A stretch of DNA of 64,000 bases from the human T2T-CHM13v2.0 reference genome, Homo sapiens: assembly GCF_009914755.1 (NCBI RefSeq), contig NC_060929.1; one strand, 5' to 3'. The notes under the pieces were generated by a model. The model saw only the letters and a program-made list of their open reading frames with translations. It made no database searches and was not told the DNA's origin. This document shows positions 57,567 through 64,000 of this stretch, in pieces. Positions within the stretch are counted from its first letter, which is position 1. Each line of letters starts with the position of its first letter. Position numbers and translations under genes: made by a program.

Positions 57567-57966
57567 GTAGTGCATTTCAAAATTGTACAAATGTGTAAAG
57601 TTTGTGCTTGTGGAACCTGCTGCTCTGAGTAGCTTTACTTTCCTTAATTTAATCCTAGCAATTCTTAAGCTATTGCATGCCCCGTTCATGAAAGGATACT
57701 TTGTTGGGATGATACAGCTTAAACAGTTTGGCTCTAAGTCTCCTTACATAGAGCTTCCCTTAAATTTATATTAATTTATAATATATATTGAATGATAGCT
57801 TTACAAAAAACAAATCAATGAATTGATCTTTATGAAAATGACTCTTTACAGTAAGTAAAAAAGGGTTATCACAGTTTTGGTAACTTGCATGAGTTCATAT
57901 TGGAAAAAAAAAACACCTTTCACATGTTCTTAATGACTTTAAAACTGATGCGCTCTAAGGGCACAT

Positions 57967-58256
57967 TCAGTTGTATGCTCTGAAGCAGTAGACACCATAC
58001 AGCTTATGCTTTTTATCTGGGAAACCCACGAAGCGCACTGCAGCCTCAGTAGGACTGCAGCGCCTTCTTGGCCTAGAGATGGGGTAGCGGACGCTGCCAT
58101 CCGCCAACCAGCCCGCATCACAGCGGTCATATCCGAGAATTTTCCAGGCAGCAAATATCTGGCCCACTTTTGCAATCTGAGCACCATCATTGAGACAAGC
58201 TTGCACCGCTTCATCATAGGTCAGTTTGGTGGGGTGGATCAGATAGTAAAAACGGC
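57967..58256 (-). CDS. HAPLN1: HAPLN1 terminal coding exon, second Link module and stop codon
   Basis: Acceptor TCTCCTTTTCTCTACAG|GC. Translates (G)RFYYLIHPTKLTYDEAVQACLNDGAQIAKVGQIFAAWKILGYDRCDAGWLADGSVRYPISRPRRRCSPTEAAVRFVGFPDKKHKLYGVYCFRAYN-TGA (57969-57967). In frame with the upstream exon. Confidence 0.98.
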
Positions 58257-59290
58257 CTGTAGAGAAAAGGAGACAGAGTCAATGGGCTGGTCTTCAATTG
58301 AGCCACACAGAGATAGAAAGAGCCAAAAACGGAAGTGTTTCTCAATGAAGGGGGATATAGAGCAATGTTTGTAAAATTTTGGGAACATAGAAATGTCAAT
58401 TAAATATAGTGTCCCTACGTCACTTCCATTAAATTAGTTTTTTCCCTTGCCCCTTAATATGTGTCCAGACATGCCCCTTTTATAGCTTTAAAAAGAAAAG
58501 GGAAATGGCAGATGCAGTTTCTGTTAGCTAATTAGTGACTAAAAGAGCCCTTCTGTGGCACTAGAGAAGACAGAATTCCATGTTAAAAGCAAGGGCTATT
58601 TAAATTCTAGCTGTACAAGACTGAACCCCAGCACAAGTTTCTGGAGAGGCAAAATTTGAATGTGAAAGGATCAAAACACATTCCTGACATAAAAGTCCAT
58701 TTAAAAAAAAATCAAAAGCCCTCAAGTCCTTTTCATTACAGGTATCAATTAGACATTATTCTCATTCAAAGACTACGTATGAAAATGCGTAAAATACAGG
58801 AAGTCACTTGCCACAGATAATACGTACTTAGAATGTAAACCTAGTCTGTGTTGGTTCACTAGCAAAGAAGACAAATTTGTTTATTTTTTTCAACTTCCAT
58901 TTGTTGAAACCCTGACACCTAACTATTTCTCAATTTCACTAGGAAGACAAATTAGTCCCGATCACTTATTGAATAGTGTTAATTACTGAGATTCCTTCAA
59001 TATGTATTAAGTATGTGTAAAATGTATAAAATATGACTTCAACTGACTGAAAGTGATAAATACACATGGACTGAAGATTTTCTTATACATCTTAGTTTTA
59101 GGTCGAATCTAATCAGACTCTCTTGCCTGATTAGACATGTAATATGATGTTCCCCTGACCCTCATTAGATATAGGTTACTGAAGTATAAATTAATGCTTG
59201 CCAGTTCTTTCTAGACTGAGATGATGTGATTTGGAGAAAGGGTAGTGGCCACTGGAATATTAACTAGAGGTTAAGTACAATCATCTACAC

Positions 59291-59859
59291 CAGAGTTCAG
59301 CAAACTATAGCTCATGGGTCAAAATTGGCCTCCTACCTGTTTTTGTAAATGAAGTTTTATTGGAATGCTGCCATCTCCATCTGGGTTTAGTATTTTGATG
59401 GCTGTTTTTGTGCTACAACATACACATTTACAATGAGCCTTTGCAGCAGACACCATATGGCCAGCAAAGCCAAAAATATTTACTATATGGCCCTTTACAG
59501 AAAAAGATTGTCGGCCAGGCACAGCGGCTCACGTCTGTAATCCCAGCACTTTAGGAGGCTGAGGCAGGCTGATCATGTGAGGTCAGGAGTTGGAGACCAG
59601 CCTGGCCAACATAGTGAAACCCCATGTCTACATTAAAAAGAAGAAAACTCACAAAACCAAAAAACAAAAATTAAGTAGGCGTGGTGGCATGCACCATGGT
59701 CCCAGCTACTCAGGAGGCTGAGGAGGGAGAGTCATTTGGGAACCAGGGAGGTGGAGGTTGCAGTGAGCCCAGGTCATGCTACTGTACTCCAGCCTGGGTG
59801 ACAGACAGGGTGATACCCTGTCTTAAAAAAAAAAAAAAAAAAAAGATTATTGACCCCTG
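59291..59859 (+). mobile_element. MER58A hAT MITE, interrupted near its 3' end by an Alu
   Basis: cagagttcagcaaactatagc...cctgtttttgtaaatgaagttttattggaa...aaatatttactatatggccctttacagaaaaag [Alu] ...tgacccctg. Confidence 0.82.
59513..59843 (+). mobile_element. Full-length Alu (antisense to HAPLN1)
   Basis: Dimeric Alu with expanded middle A region. TSD about aaaaagatt. Confidence 0.93.
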
Positions 59860-59925
59860 ACCCATAATCTCTTTCTATTTTTCCCAAAGCATGTCACCAG
59901 GGACCTCAAATATAAATAATGGAGC

Positions 59926-60268
59926 CAGGGCTTGCTTCATGGGTGTGTGACCTGTGCCACCACACAGGGCCCCACACGGAGAAGGGCTCTGCATTTAGTT
60001 TAATGTTCCGCTGTCACCATCTTAAAATTTTTAACAGTTTTGAACAAGGAGCTCCACATTTTCTTTCCTTTTTTTTTCTTTTTATTTATTTATTTTTTCT
60101 TTTAGAGATGGGGTCTCACTATGATGCCATGTCTGGTCTCAAACTCCTGGGCCCAAGCAGTGCCCCTGCCTAGGCCTCCCAAAGTGCTGGGATTATAGGC
60201 GTGAGCCACAGCACCCAGCCCACATTTTCATTTTACACCGGGCTGCACAAATGATGTGGCTGGTTCTG
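59926..60268 (+). mobile_element. MER91A hAT-Tip100 MITE, interrupted by an Alu monomer
   Basis: cagggcttgcttcatgggtgtgtgacctgtg...tttgaacaaggagctccacattt [insert] cacattttcatttt...gctggttctg. Confidence 0.75.
60064..60220 (-). mobile_element. Alu left monomer (FLAM_C-like)
   Basis: T-rich tail, tagagatggggtctcactatg...aagtgctgggattataggcgtgagccac. TSD cacattttc at 60055-60063 and 60221-60229. Confidence 0.88.
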
Positions 60269-60706
60269 AAGACAGCAAGAGAAGGGCTGAGAGGTGTATG
60301 AATAAAATGAATCAGTCATCAACACTGCTGCAACCTTTCCTTCTGCTTTCACCTTGAGAGTTAGTTCTATTTTCTTTTTCTTGCTTACTCCCCACTTTGT
60401 CCTGAGCTCTGTTGATCACCTATGAATAAGTGTATATGTGATTGTGATTGAGAGAGGGAAAGCATGGGTAATAATGAAGGCACGCTTACTTTGATTGACA
60501 GAACCATATCCTACGGAGGGCACACACTGGCAGCATCATCTTTGACAATAGGTAACAGACCTCAAGCCACATAACAGTTTCAATTATTTCATATAAAAAT
60601 GGGATGAAATAAAACGTAGGAGTACTGGGAATATGTACTTTTGCTTGACTTGTGTGGATATTTAAAAATTATGACACTCAAGAACTTTTTATATCTTTTT
60701 AAACTA

Positions 60707-64000
<3,294 letters not shown>

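Larger units (their letters stand above)
54276..57966 (-). other. HAPLN1: HAPLN1 3' UTR (longest form, end approximate)
   Basis: AT-rich sequence without recognisable Alu or LTR after the stop codon. End inferred from ATTAAA at 54301-54296 followed by a U-rich tract on the minus strand. Confidence 0.6.

Noticed and set aside
58006-58374. Antisense and alternative-frame ORFs over HAPLN1 exons (also 60959-61165 and 57939-58217)
   Set aside because: Shadow ORFs of GC-richer coding exons with no independent support.

Overview
Primate (very likely human) nuclear DNA. The only protein-coding sequence I can support is the 3' end of HAPLN1 (cartilage link protein 1) on the minus strand. It comprises the penultimate coding exon (61134-60832, Link module 1), the last coding exon (58256-57967, Link module 2 plus TGA), a 2575-bp GT-AG intron between them and a long AU-rich 3' UTR with several candidate poly(A) signals reaching about 54280. 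Positions 1 to about 54000 are intergenic. From established knowledge of the VCAN-HAPLN1 gene pair this is the interval facing the VCAN 3' end, but no VCAN sequence is recognisable here. This interval is dense in interspersed repeats: Alus, L1, L2, MIR, hAT MITEs, solo LTRs, a complete two-LTR MaLR element nested in LTR16 and a degenerate ERV-L gag-pol relic. It also holds microsatellites, including a pure (GAAA)38. Repeat family names come from recalled consensus sequences and need RepeatMasker/Dfam confirmation, and boundaries of old repeats are approximate. I found no evidence of a wholly new biological system. The least explained signal is an exact 32-bp sequence present twice 1.84 kb apart (7805-7836 and 9646-9677) inside otherwise diverged flanks.
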